The notes under the pieces were generated by a model. It made no database searches. It was not told the DNA's origin and was given only the letters and a program-made list of their open reading frames with translations. From Acidimicrobiales bacterium (lineage in GTDB: Bacteria; Actinomycetota; Acidimicrobiia; Acidimicrobiales; VFJN01), in contig JAUXRW010000025.1 in the NCBI GenBank assembly GCA_030681555.1, forward strand, positions 37,710 to 101,709: DNA of 64,000 bases, in the 5' to 3' direction. The first letter of the stretch is position 1. Each line of letters begins with the position of its first letter. Below are positions 1 through 9,108 of the stretch, one piece after another. The position numbers were made by a program, and so were the translations under genes.

Positions 1-1899
1 GGCGTGACGGCCCTGTTCATCGACATGAGCACGCTCGTGACCAAGCGCCTGCCGCTGTTCATCGCCGGGGTGCTGCTGCTGTCGTTCCTCCTGCTCATGG
101 CCGTGTTCAGGTCGCTCCTGATCCCGGTCAAGGCGGTCATCGCCAATCTGCTCTCGATCGGCGCGGCGTATGGGCTGGTGGTCGCTGTCTTCCAGTGGGG
201 CTGGCTGAACGACCTGGTCGGGATCGATCGGACAGGTCCGATCATGGCGTTCCTGCCGATGATGTTGTTCGCCATCCTGTTCGGCTTGTCCATGGACTAT
301 GAGGTGTTCCTCATGTCCCGGATCCAGGAGGAGTACGGGCGGACCCCCGACGCGCAGGCGGCCATCAGCAACGGGTTGGCCGGCACGGCTCGGGTCATCA
401 CGGCCGCCGCCGCGATCATGGTCACCGTCTTCCTGTCCTTCGTCTTGGGTGAGGACCGGATCATCAAGACCTTCGGTTTGGGACTGGCGACCGCCGTCCT
501 GATCGACGCCACCGTCGTGCGGATGCTGATCGTGCCGGCCGCCCTGTCCATCTTCGGCCGGGCGGCGTGGTGGCTGCCGGGGCCCGTCGACCGGCTCCTG
601 CCTCGCCTCGCCATCGACGGGGCCGAGCCCTCACCGCCGAGCCCCGAGGTAGCGAGCCCATCACCGAGCCCGATCACCGAGGTCAGACCACCCGCGGAGC
701 GACCCATGACCGACATCGCCGACCGCACCCACGATCCTGTCGTTTGGGATCTGGAGAACGCGTGGCTCATCTCCGCCGACAACCACGTGTCCGAACCATT
801 GGACCTTTGGATGCGCCTTCCTGGCGAACTCGCTCCCCTGGCTCCGCACATCGAGGAGCGGGACGGGGTGCCGAGCATGGTGGTGGAGGGCAAGGTCATC
901 CAGCGCCTACGGCTACCAGAGGGCTCGGCGCCGGACCCGAGTCGCACGGGCGACGTGCTGGCCGCGGCCGATCGGGCCGAGGCGATGTCGATGATGGTCC
1001 GCGACGCCAACGACCCCCTCCAGCGGGTCCGCGACCTCGACCGCGATTCCATCTGGGGCGAGGTCATGTTCCCCAACCTGTTCGTGTTCATGACCTACCG
1101 GCTTTCCAACCCGAGGCTCCAGGCCGCCGCGTGCTCGGTCTACAACGACTGGGTGTGGGACACCTTCGGCGCCCACGAGCGGTTCATGCCGGTGGCTCCA
1201 CTCCCGGCCCTCGACATCGACGCCGCGGTCGCCGAACTGGAACGGTGCGCCCGGCGGGGGTTCAAGGTCGTGCTGCTGCCCGCGCACTCGGACTGGCTTC
1301 CCCAGCCCTACAACGCACCCGTCTACGACCGCCTTTGGTCGGCGGCCCAGGATCACGGCCTGCCCATCCATTTCCACGCTGGCACGGGGCGCACCAACCG
1401 CCCGGCCCACAACCCGGGGGGCGCGGTCATCAACTACGTGGTCACGGTGCAAGGACCCTCCGAGACGGTGGTCTACCTGGCAGGCTCGGGCGTGCTGGCT
1501 CGCCACCCCCGGCTGAAGGTCGTGATGGTCGAGTGTGGGAGCGGCTGGCTGGCTTGGACACTGCACGCCATGGACGACGCGTACCGCGAACACGAGATGT
1601 GGGTCGACCCCAAGCTGGAGGACCTGCCCAGCGAGTACTTCCGGCGCCAGGGGTATGTCACTTTCCAGCATGACCCCGTCGGGTTCCACAACGTCTCCTT
1701 CACGGGCGACCGCTGCCTGATGTGGGGCGCGGACTACCCCCATCCCGAGGGCACGTGGCCCGAGTCGAAGCGCTACCTCAGGAGCCAGCTGGCCGGGGTG
1801 TCGCCCGAAACCGCCCGTCGGGTCCTGTGGGATAACGCCGCCGAGCTGTATGGCTGGGAGACCCCGAAGGCTCCGCCGCCGGCGGCGTCTTCGGGGTGA
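1..1899 (+). CDS. 5-prime-partial ORF: MMPL/RND-type transporter C-terminal membrane domain running in frame into an amidohydrolase_2 (ACMSD-like) domain
   Basis: ORF 4..1899 is open to the window edge. The first ~200 aa are hydrophobic with MMPL C-terminal consensus (SMDYEVFLMSRIQEE, AAWWLPGPVDRLLP). From ATG 706 (GGAG 6 nt upstream) there are metal-hydrolase motifs ISADNHVSEP, HFHAGTG, WGADYPHPEG. Confidence 0.75.
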   Translation, partial: GVTALFIDMSTLVTKRLPLFIAGVLLLSFLLLMAVFRSLLIPVKAVIANLLSIGAAYGLVVAVFQWGWLNDLVGIDRTGPIMAFLPMMLFAILFGLSMDYEVFLMSRIQEEYGRTPDAQAAISNGLAGTARVITAAAAIMVTVFLSFVLGEDRIIKTFGLGLATAVLIDATVVRMLIVPAALSIFGRAAWWLPGPVDRLLPRLAIDGAEPSPPSPEVASPSPSPITEVRPPAERPMTDIADRTHDPVVWDLENAWLISADNHVSEPLDLWMRLPGELAPLAPHIEERDGVPSMVVEGKVIQRLRLPEGSAPDPSRTGDVLAAADRAEAMSMMVRDANDPLQRVRDLDRDSIWGEVMFPNLFVFMTYRLSNPRLQAAACSVYNDWVWDTFGAHERFMPVAPLPALDIDAAVAELERCARRGFKVVLLPAHSDWLPQPYNAPVYDRLWSAAQDHGLPIHFHAGTGRTNRPAHNPGGAVINYVVTVQGPSETVVYLAGSGVLARHPRLKVVMVECGSGWLAWTLHAMDDAYREHEMWVDPKLEDLPSEYFRRQGYVTFQHDPVGFHNVSFTGDRCLMWGADYPHPEGTWPESKRYLRSQLAGVSPETARRVLWDNAAELYGWETPKAPPPAASSG

Positions 1900-1973
1900 T
1901 TCGGTTGCCAACTACCAAATGGTGCCCGTGCGCACTTGGATAGGGCCCAGCGGCTCGTGAAGGAGGGATCCTG

Positions 1974-3371
1974 TTGACCTGGGACTGGAAGAGTCACTAC
2001 GCCGATCGGCTCGTGCCGGCCAGCGAGGCCGCGAAGGCCGTGAAGAGCGGGGACCGCGTCGTGTTCACGATGTGTGGACCCCTGATGACCCCGGTTGCCA
2101 TGGCGACGGCGCTGGCGGCGCGGGCCGGTGAGCTGCGCGACGTCACCATCGACGCCAGCCTCACGCTGGCCGGCGCGTTCGGGGTCCTTTCCCCCGAGGC
2201 CGCCGAGGCGTTCACGGTGTCGACCACCTTCGCGTACAACCCGCTGGAGACGATGGCGCTGAGCGACCGGGGCCCCCAAGTCGACTACGTGCCCATCAAC
2301 ATGGGCTTCGCGGGCGCCCTGCTGGGCCGCCGCCACCGTGAAGACATGCAACGTCGCTTCGGGGGGGACGTGTGTGTGAGCGTGATTTCCCCGCCCACGC
2401 CCTCGGGCATGGTCACCTTCGGAACGAACCTGTGGAACGGGCGCAGCCAGGTGCGCAACTCCACCATCGCCATCGGGGAGGTCGACCCGAGCCTGCCGGT
2501 GGTCCCGGGCGGTGACAACTGGGTGCCGGTGGAGGCTTTCGACTACCTAGTCGAGGGTCAGCCGCTAGTACTTCCCGACCTGGCCGGGCTGGCCTTCATC
2601 CCCGAGGAGGAGCTCGACGCCACGCAGGCCTGCGGGTACTTCGTCTCCGAGCTGATCAACGACGGCGACACGGTGATGTTGGGGGCCGGCTCGATGCCGA
2701 TGCGGGTGTCGCCCTGGCTCGAATCCAAGAACGACCTGGGGTGCCATACCGAGGTGATATGCCCGATCGACCTGGTGCAGTCCGGGCAGATCAACGGGAG
2801 CCGCCGGAACCACGTCCCGGGCAAGGTGTCCCTGACGGCGTTGATCCCGGCTACCGAGGAGGAGCGCGACTTCGTCAACGGAAACCCCGTCTTCGACATC
2901 CGCGACATGGGTCTGAACAACGATCCCCGGTACATCGCCAAGAACGACAACCTGGTCGCGATCAACGCACCGTTGGAGATCACCCTTTGGGGCGAGATCG
3001 GCGCGGAGCGTGTGGGGACCCGCTTCTACCACGGGGTGGGGGGTCAGCTGGAGTTCGTCATGGGGGCCCTGATGTCCGACGGTGGCCGGTCGATCCACGC
3101 GACGGTCTCCCGCAAGCTCGACACACGGACCGGTGAGTGGGTCTCCGCGATCGTCCCCGAGCTGCGCACCCCCGGGGTCACGACGGTTCCGCGGCTGCTG
3201 GCCGACATCGTCGTGACCGAGTACGGCGTGGCCGAGCTCATGGGCCGCACCGAGCGGGAGCGTGCGGCCGCGCTCATCCGAGTGGCCCACCCCGACTACC
3301 GGGAGGACCTGGCCGACCAGGCCAAGCACCTCTTAGGGCTGGGCCGCACAACCTTCATCCTCGACGACTGA
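1974..3371 (+). CDS. acetyl-CoA hydrolase/transferase family protein (4-hydroxybutyrate CoA-transferase-like)
   Basis: 465-aa ORF with TTG start. It shows family-typical N-terminus (SEAAKAVKSGDRVVF) and C-terminal GVGGQLEF and VVTEYGVAEL motifs. Confidence 0.8.
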   Translation: MTWDWKSHYADRLVPASEAAKAVKSGDRVVFTMCGPLMTPVAMATALAARAGELRDVTIDASLTLAGAFGVLSPEAAEAFTVSTTFAYNPLETMALSDRGPQVDYVPINMGFAGALLGRRHREDMQRRFGGDVCVSVISPPTPSGMVTFGTNLWNGRSQVRNSTIAIGEVDPSLPVVPGGDNWVPVEAFDYLVEGQPLVLPDLAGLAFIPEEELDATQACGYFVSELINDGDTVMLGAGSMPMRVSPWLESKNDLGCHTEVICPIDLVQSGQINGSRRNHVPGKVSLTALIPATEEERDFVNGNPVFDIRDMGLNNDPRYIAKNDNLVAINAPLEITLWGEIGAERVGTRFYHGVGGQLEFVMGALMSDGGRSIHATVSRKLDTRTGEWVSAIVPELRTPGVTTVPRLLADIVVTEYGVAELMGRTERERAAALIRVAHPDYREDLADQAKHLLGLGRTTFILDD

Positions 3372-3393
3372 GAGCCCACGACCGACCACCCTG

Positions 3394-3415
3394 AGGTTGC
3401 CTCGATTCGCAACCT
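3394..3415. terminator. weak hairpin between convergent CoA-transferase gene and tRNA-Glu
   Basis: AGGTTGC-N8-GCAACCT followed by TGCGGTT. There is no clean U-run. Confidence 0.3.
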
Positions 3416-3442
3416 TGCGGTTCGATCTGGCTGTCCCAGGAG

Positions 3443-3515
3443 CACCCCCAACGGGATTCGAACCCGTGCCGCCACCTTGAGAGGGTGGTGTCCTAGGCCA
3501 CTAGACGATGGGGGC
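3443..3515 (-). tRNA. tRNA-Glu (anticodon CUC)
   Basis: Reverse complement GCCCCCATCGTCTAGTGGCCTAGGACACCACCCTCTCAAGGTGGCGGCACGGGTTCGAATCCCGTTGGGGGTG folds as a cloverleaf. Anticodon stem is CCACC/GGTGG, loop CTCTCAA, T-loop TTCGAAT. No CCA is encoded. Confidence 0.9.
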
Positions 3516-3572
3516 TAGGGAGGTCGATGCTACCCGTGGCCCGGAGCAGCGTCACAACCGAGGGCGCCGGCG

Positions 3573-4286
3573 TCAGCGGAGGCCGAGCGTGGCGAGGCCC
3601 GTGCGCACCTCGGCGGCGACGATCTCGCGGCCGGCGTCGAGCATGTGGGTCCTGTCCTGGCCGTACAGGGCCGGATCGTCCTGGGCGCCGGGGCGGCCGA
3701 GCTGCGGGTGGGCCCCGAGGTCGACGAAGACGTCGGCGTACTCCTGCCAGTGGGCGCGCATGAGGTCGTTGAAGCGCTGGCGGCGCTGCTCGAAGCCGGG
3801 GACGTCGAGTGGGTAGCTGCGGGGAAGGACGCTGAGGGCGACCACCTTCCAGCCCCGAGCACGGCGCTCCTCGTAGTAGGTGCGTAGCGCGTCGTGCCGC
3901 GCAGCGGGATCGTCGCCCTCGCCGAGGTCGTTCGCCGCCACCCAGACGACGGCCACGTTCTGCATCCCGGGCACCGTGAGCAGCTTCCCGTCGAAGGCGG
4001 GGGCCCGCTGCGCCACCATGTCCACCGTCGAGCCCCCGACCGCCTGGTTGCGGAGGAGCACCTCTCCCTGCAGCCCGTCCACGGTGACGTCGGGAGTTGT
4101 CGTGCCGAACCCGGGGGCCGAGTGCGAGTCGCCGTCCCAGACGACGTTCGCGAGCGGCTGCCGCGCCGCCACGCTGGCGAAGGGATCGAGGGGGTGCCAG
4201 CCCGCGGACCGGCCGTAGGCGCCGAGCAGCAGCAGCGCCGTCACCACCCCCACCGTGCGCGCGGGGGTGCGGCGGCCACGCTCCAC
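3573..4286 (-). CDS. SGNH/GDSL-family hydrolase, secreted
   Basis: GDSHS block, N-terminal signal-like RRTPARTVGVVTALLLLGAYG, and a late DxxH-like region. GTG 4286 was chosen because the upstream part of the 323-aa ORF is Arg/Pro-rich and non-protein-like. Confidence 0.7.
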   Translation of the reverse strand: MERGRRTPARTVGVVTALLLLGAYGRSAGWHPLDPFASVAARQPLANVVWDGDSHSAPGFGTTTPDVTVDGLQGEVLLRNQAVGGSTVDMVAQRAPAFDGKLLTVPGMQNVAVVWVAANDLGEGDDPAARHDALRTYYEERRARGWKVVALSVLPRSYPLDVPGFEQRRQRFNDLMRAHWQEYADVFVDLGAHPQLGRPGAQDDPALYGQDRTHMLDAGREIVAAEVRTGLATLGLR

Positions 4287-4560
4287 CGGGGGGCTGGGGA
4301 CGTCGGTCAAGGCCGCGATCGTACGTGGACGTCCTGAACGAGTTCCTCCACGGCGCCTTCCCACCCGACGGATGACGGGATGCCTGCTCCGGGAAGGGCG
4401 CACAGCGCGCCTCCGAGGTGGCGGCGACCCCGGCGGAGCCTGTCGCCCACGCCACGACGGTTGCGACGCCATCCCGCCATCCGGAGCGTTCGGCCGGAGC
4501 AATGGGAGCCGTCTCACATGTGCATGGTGCGAAAACGTCTCCATCTGAGCTGGCGAAGGG

Positions 4561-4953
4561 ATGCTCGGGACGTGTTCACGACCACCCCCCGATCATGTGG
4601 CCGAGAAGCTCCGCGCCATCGGCCTCGGCGAGGTCGAGGCGACGCGGCTGTCGCAGGCTGGCACGCTCATCGACGTGCGGACCGACACCGTGCTCTGCCG
4701 CAAGGGCGAGCGCGGCACCGAGGGGTTGGTGATCGTCGAGGGTTCGGCGGTGGTGAAGCTCGACGACCGCGAGGTCACCCTCGGCCCGGGCGCCGTCATC
4801 GGCGAGATGGCCACGCTGGACCCCTTCGCCCGTCGGAACGCCACCGTCACCACCACGGCGCCGACAGGGGTGCTCGTCTATGACGTGCGCACCTGCCGCT
4901 TCCTGGCCATCAGCGAGCTCCGGGGCGTCCTCGTCTCCGACCGCGCCGCCTGA
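4561..4953 (+). CDS. stand-alone cyclic-nucleotide-binding (cNMP/Crp-type) domain protein
   Basis: 130-aa ORF with ATG start. It carries the cNMP-binding beta-roll signature GERGTEGLVIVEGSAVV ... LGPGAVIGEMATL ... RNATV. Confidence 0.75.
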   Translation: MLGTCSRPPPDHVAEKLRAIGLGEVEATRLSQAGTLIDVRTDTVLCRKGERGTEGLVIVEGSAVVKLDDREVTLGPGAVIGEMATLDPFARRNATVTTTAPTGVLVYDVRTCRFLAISELRGVLVSDRAA

Positions 4954-5110
4954 CGGAGCGACCCGGCACCGAACCGGGACGAGATATGCAAGACGGGCGA
5001 AAGGGATAGGACCTGCCCGGTTGAACCACCAGCCGAGCCGCACGAACGATGCGGCCCCTGGTGGGCCGGATCACGTTGCGGCTACGGCTCCCCAACGAGA
5101 GGTCCACACC

Positions 5111-5359
5111 ATGAAGAAGCTCCTCATGTCCCTGCTGCTCGCGCTCGGGCTGGTGGTCGCCGTCCCCGGCGTCACCCACGCCCAGGACGAGGGTGGCACC
5201 CAGTCGGCACAGCAGTCCGAGAGCGAAGACGACGACAGCGGCAAGCTCGGCCTCATCGGGCTCGCCGGTCTCCTCGGCCTCGCCGGGCTCGCCCGGCGCG
5301 ACCGCCGCGACGACTACCGCGGCGACCGCACCACCACCCGTGGCGGTGTCGACCGATGA
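5111..5359 (+). CDS. small secreted acidic protein with Gly/Leu-repeat C-terminal anchor (WGxxGxxG-CTERM-like)
   Basis: ATG 5111 follows GAGAGG. There is a signal peptide (MKKLLMSLLLALGLVVAVPGVTHA), an acidic core, then GKLGLIGLAGLLGLAGLARRDRR. Confidence 0.6.
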   Translation: MKKLLMSLLLALGLVVAVPGVTHAQDEGGTQSAQQSESEDDDSGKLGLIGLAGLLGLAGLARRDRRDDYRGDRTTTRGGVDR

Positions 5360-5528
5360 CCATGGCCGATCGCGGTCTCGAGCGCGACGGGTACGACGAC
5401 TCCCGTGACCTCGCGGTCTACGAAGAGAGCGAGGACGGCGGTGGGCCGGGACCGCCCCCGTTCCCGTCCCACCGTCGTCCGCCAGGCCTCCGCACGTTCC
5501 TGCGGGTTCGACCCGCGAGACGCATAGC

Positions 5529-7199
5529 TCAGCCGCCGCGTTCGCCGCGGCGGGGGCGGCGGCGCTGGGGCAGGTCGCCAAGGAAGATGCTGACGAGCAT
5601 CCACACCGCGCAGGCCGCCGCCACCAGGAACAGCACGATCGCCAGCGCCGGGTAGCCGAAGAGCTCCGCTTCCGTCTCGATGTTCATGATGAGCGCGGCA
5701 CCGATCACGAGCGAGGCGACCACGACGGCGCCGGCCACCCGGTTGGCCAGCTTCTGCACCCCGCGCATGATGTTCTGCTCGTCGATGCCCTGGATGTTGA
5801 GGGTGAGCTGCCCGTCCGCGAGGGCGTCCATGACCTGGTTCACCCGCCCGGGCAGCCGCTCGGCGAACTCCTTCGCTCCCATCGCCGCCGCCAGCACGTT
5901 CCCCGGTGACGCCGCCTGCAGGAGCTTCTTCTGCAGCAGCGACCCGCCTTCTTCCTGGATCGCGGCGTTGGGGTCGAAGTCGGGGTCGAGCTTGCGCGCC
6001 ACCTCGTCGAGGTTCAGCAGCGCCTTGCCCAGCATCGTGAGCTCGGGCGGCAGACGCAGCCCGGACTCGCTGGCGATCTGGGTGAGCTCGGCGACGAGGG
6101 CGCCGGCCTGCAGGTCACGCATGCCGGTGCCGATGGAGCGGCCTACGAGGTCCGTCGTCCGCCGTCGGAAGTCCTCCGGCTGGAACCCGTCGAGCTGGCG
6201 CCCGATGGCGATGGCCACGTCCGCCGCGTCCCGACCGCGGCCCTCGCCCAGCGCCAACAGGAGCGTCACGAGCCGGTCCTGCATCTCGGGCGTGGTGCGC
6301 GCCACCATCCCGAGGTCCAGGAGGGCCAGCGCACCGTCCTCGGTGACGAGCACGTTCCCGGGATGCGGATCCGCATGGAAGAGGCCGTGGACGAGGATCT
6401 GGTCGAGGTACGCGGAGAACAGCGCTCGGGCCAACCCCGGTCCGTCGACCTCCATCAGCCCGAGCGGGCCGACGGCCCCGATGCTGCGGCCCTCGACCCA
6501 GTCCATGGTGAGGACCAGGCCCGTGCAGTAGTCGGCCACGGGCTGCGGTACCACGATGCGCTCGTGCTCGGCGAGGTTCGCACCCAGCGCCTGCAGGTTG
6601 GCCGCCTCCTGCCGGTAGTCGAGCTCCGCGAACAGCGATGTGCGGAACTCGGCGACCATGTCGGCGAACCCCAGCCGACGGCCCGCTTCGACGTGCTGAT
6701 CCGCGAACCTGGCCATCTCCTCGATCGCGTCCATGTCGTCGACGATCTGCTCCCGGATGTGCGGCCGCTGGACCTTGACCGCCACCCGCCGGCCGTCGCG
6801 CAGCTCGGCGCGGTGCACCTGCCCCAGCGACGCCGATGCGACCGGGCGATCCTCGAAGGACCTGAAGCCCTGCAGGATCCGCACGCCGAGCTCGCGGGTC
6901 ACGATCTCCTCGACCTCCGCGAAGCCGAACGGCTCGACGGCGTCCTGCAGACGGGCCAGGGCCGACAGATAGGGGGCGGGCAGGAGGTCGGCCCTCGTCG
7001 ACAGGAGCTGACCGAGCTTCACGAAGGTGGGCCCCATGGCCTCCAGCTCCGACGCCAGCGCCTCGGCGTCGGTCGTCATGGCGGCCTCGTCCTCGGGCAG
7101 GAGGTCGCCGTCCGGCCGGTCCCGCACGAGCTGGCGGTGCTTGACCAGCAGCGTCCCGATGTCCTTGTACCGGGCCAGGTGCGACGGCCGCATGCTCAC
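5529..7199 (-). CDS. ABC1/UbiB (AarF) atypical kinase family protein with C-terminal TM helices
   Basis: 556-aa ORF with ABC1 motifs (GPTFVKLGQLLSTRADLLP, ASASLGQVHRA, HADPHPGN) and two hydrophobic C-terminal segments. Confidence 0.9.
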   Translation of the reverse strand: MSMRPSHLARYKDIGTLLVKHRQLVRDRPDGDLLPEDEAAMTTDAEALASELEAMGPTFVKLGQLLSTRADLLPAPYLSALARLQDAVEPFGFAEVEEIVTRELGVRILQGFRSFEDRPVASASLGQVHRAELRDGRRVAVKVQRPHIREQIVDDMDAIEEMARFADQHVEAGRRLGFADMVAEFRTSLFAELDYRQEAANLQALGANLAEHERIVVPQPVADYCTGLVLTMDWVEGRSIGAVGPLGLMEVDGPGLARALFSAYLDQILVHGLFHADPHPGNVLVTEDGALALLDLGMVARTTPEMQDRLVTLLLALGEGRGRDAADVAIAIGRQLDGFQPEDFRRRTTDLVGRSIGTGMRDLQAGALVAELTQIASESGLRLPPELTMLGKALLNLDEVARKLDPDFDPNAAIQEEGGSLLQKKLLQAASPGNVLAAAMGAKEFAERLPGRVNQVMDALADGQLTLNIQGIDEQNIMRGVQKLANRVAGAVVVASLVIGAALIMNIETEAELFGYPALAIVLFLVAAACAVWMLVSIFLGDLPQRRRPRRGERGG

Positions 7200-7285
7200 T
7201 CCGATCGGTCGCCGTCCGTGCGGGGCCCGCCCGGCTCGCGGATCGCCGATCGTACCCGTCGACGCCCGCGTGTTCGCGCGCCGCC

Positions 7286-7837
7286 TCAGGTGTCGGCGTC
7301 GAGCAGCTGGAGGAGTTTCGTGGTGGTGCTCCAGCTGCGGATCGTCATCTGCTGGTACTCGGGGGTGCCGACGATCTTGCTCATCCGACTCCGCGTCCGC
7401 TCGGCGCTCAGCCGGGCGAAGTACACGACTCTGCGGCCGGGCCAGGCCTGGTCGACCCCCTCCCTCACCTGGACCACTCGCATGGCCTTCGCAGCCGTGA
7501 GCGGCGAGCGGAGGAAGACCACGTCGGAGTGGTAGACGTCCGGCAGGGCGCCGAACCCCGCCGGAGCGTCGGCCATGACGCTGCGCAGCTGCCGCTCCGA
7601 CCGGACCACGACGACCAGCGGCGTCCCGAAGCGCCCCTCGAGCACCCGCTCGAGCCGCTCCTCGAGCGAGCGAGCCGGCGCATCGGACTCGAACACCACG
7701 TTGCCCGACTGGATGTAGGTGCGCACGCCGCCGTGGCCGTCCGCCTCGAAGGCGGCCCGCAGATCGGCCATAGCCACCTTGTTCCGGCCACCCACGTTGA
7801 TGCCCCGCAGCAGGGCCACGTACCGCTTCTTCGCCAC
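7286..7837 (-). CDS. DUF1697 domain protein
   Basis: Family signature YVALLRGINVGGRNKVAMADLR follows GTG 7837. The upstream 57 codons of the track ORF are not protein-like. Confidence 0.8.
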   Translation of the reverse strand: MAKKRYVALLRGINVGGRNKVAMADLRAAFEADGHGGVRTYIQSGNVVFESDAPARSLEERLERVLEGRFGTPLVVVVRSERQLRSVMADAPAGFGALPDVYHSDVVFLRSPLTAAKAMRVVQVREGVDQAWPGRRVVYFARLSAERTRSRMSKIVGTPEYQQMTIRSWSTTTKLLQLLDADT

Positions 7838-8082
7838 GGTGCGGACGTTAGAGCGCCGCCCGGGGCACCTCGGGAAACGTCGATGGAAAGGGTCGGGCTC
7901 GGCCGGTGTCCAACCCCGCACAGGCCCCACCGAAGGGGCGCCAACCGGGAGGCGGACAGCGTCGTCCCGGGCACCTACCGAATCGCGTACTCCTGTTACC
8001 GCCTGCACCGTGGGCGAGCTCGAGGTGGGCTGACCCCACGGCGACGAGAACAGGCTGCGACGGCCCCGGTACCCTCGCCCGC

Positions 8083-8532
8083 ATGACCGAAACCCTGTCC
8101 GGCACCTACGTCCCCAGCGCGATGGGGTGGGTGCGCGAACAGGTGGAGACCTACGAGCGGACGGGGGGCCGGGAGGCCAACGCCCTGTTCGACACCGGGA
8201 TCCCGGTCGTCATCGTCACGATGCGCGGCGCCCGGAGCGCCGACGTGCGCAAGATCGCGCTGATGCGCGTGGAGCACCAGGGCGAGTACGCGCTCGTCGC
8301 CTCGTTCGGGGGCGCTCCGAAGCACCCGGTCTGGTACTGGAACCTGAAGGCCCACCCCGACGAGATCCTCATCCAGGATGGCCCCGACCCGGTTCGATGC
8401 CGCGTGCGCGAGCTCGAGGGTCACGAACGAGCCGAGTGGTGGGACCGAGCCGTCGCCGTGTACCCCTCGTACGCCGAGTACCAAGACAACACCGACCGGG
8501 TGATCCCCGTCTTCGTCGCCACCCCGATCTGA
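8083..8532 (+). CDS. deazaflavin (F420)-dependent nitroreductase family protein (DUF385/Ddn-like)
   Basis: ATG 8083. Family motifs are GGAPKHPVWYWNLKAHP, ERAEWWDRAV and YAEYQDNTDRVIPVFV. Confidence 0.8.
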   Translation: MTETLSGTYVPSAMGWVREQVETYERTGGREANALFDTGIPVVIVTMRGARSADVRKIALMRVEHQGEYALVASFGGAPKHPVWYWNLKAHPDEILIQDGPDPVRCRVRELEGHERAEWWDRAVAVYPSYAEYQDNTDRVIPVFVATPI

Positions 8533-8565
8533 ACGGCGACGTCACCGCCCACGTACGGTGGGGAC

Positions 8566-9108
8566 ATGGGGAGGTTCCGGATGGGGAGGCTGGACCACAC
8601 CCACATCCGCGTGCCCGATCGAGCCTCGGCGGTCGCCTGGTACGCCGAGCACCTCGGGTTCGAGCCGGTCGATGCCTACGACTTCTGGGCGACCGGCATC
8701 GAGGGCGGACCCGTGCAAATCTCGGCCGACGGTGGGGCCACGACGCTGGCGATCTTCGAGGCTTCAGAGGACGGCCACCCGATGATCCCGCAGGTGAACG
8801 GCATCGCGTTCAGCGTCGACGCCGACACGTTCGCGGCGTTCGTGCGATCGCTCCCTGGGGCGATCCAGGGCCCCCTCGGCCGCCCGGTCCTCGCCAGCGA
8901 CGTCGTCGACTTCGACCTCTGCTGGGCGATCGACCTCATGGATCCGTGGGGCAACAGGTACGAGCTCAACTGCTACGACTACGACGCCGTGCAACGCGAG
9001 CTCGTCGAGGCCGACGCGGTCACCCCCACCCGCTACTGGCCCGCAGGCCTCCACGAGGCGTACGAAACCGCCCGGCACGGGGCGGGATCAGGCGAGACGT
9101 CGCGCTAG
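8566..9108 (+). CDS. VOC (glyoxalase/bleomycin-resistance/dioxygenase) family protein
   Basis: LDHTHIRVPD ... WYAEHLGF ... DPWGNRYEL is typical of the VOC fold. ATG 8581 is an alternative start. Confidence 0.8.
   Translation: MGRFRMGRLDHTHIRVPDRASAVAWYAEHLGFEPVDAYDFWATGIEGGPVQISADGGATTLAIFEASEDGHPMIPQVNGIAFSVDADTFAAFVRSLPGAIQGPLGRPVLASDVVDFDLCWAIDLMDPWGNRYELNCYDYDAVQRELVEADAVTPTRYWPAGLHEAYETARHGAGSGETSR

Noticed and set aside
3493-4455. Several ORFs (3493..4455, 3508..3816 and others) that touch the tRNA-Glu gene
   Set aside because: They overlap a tRNA and the SGNH hydrolase frame, and their products are Arg/Pro-rich nonsense.
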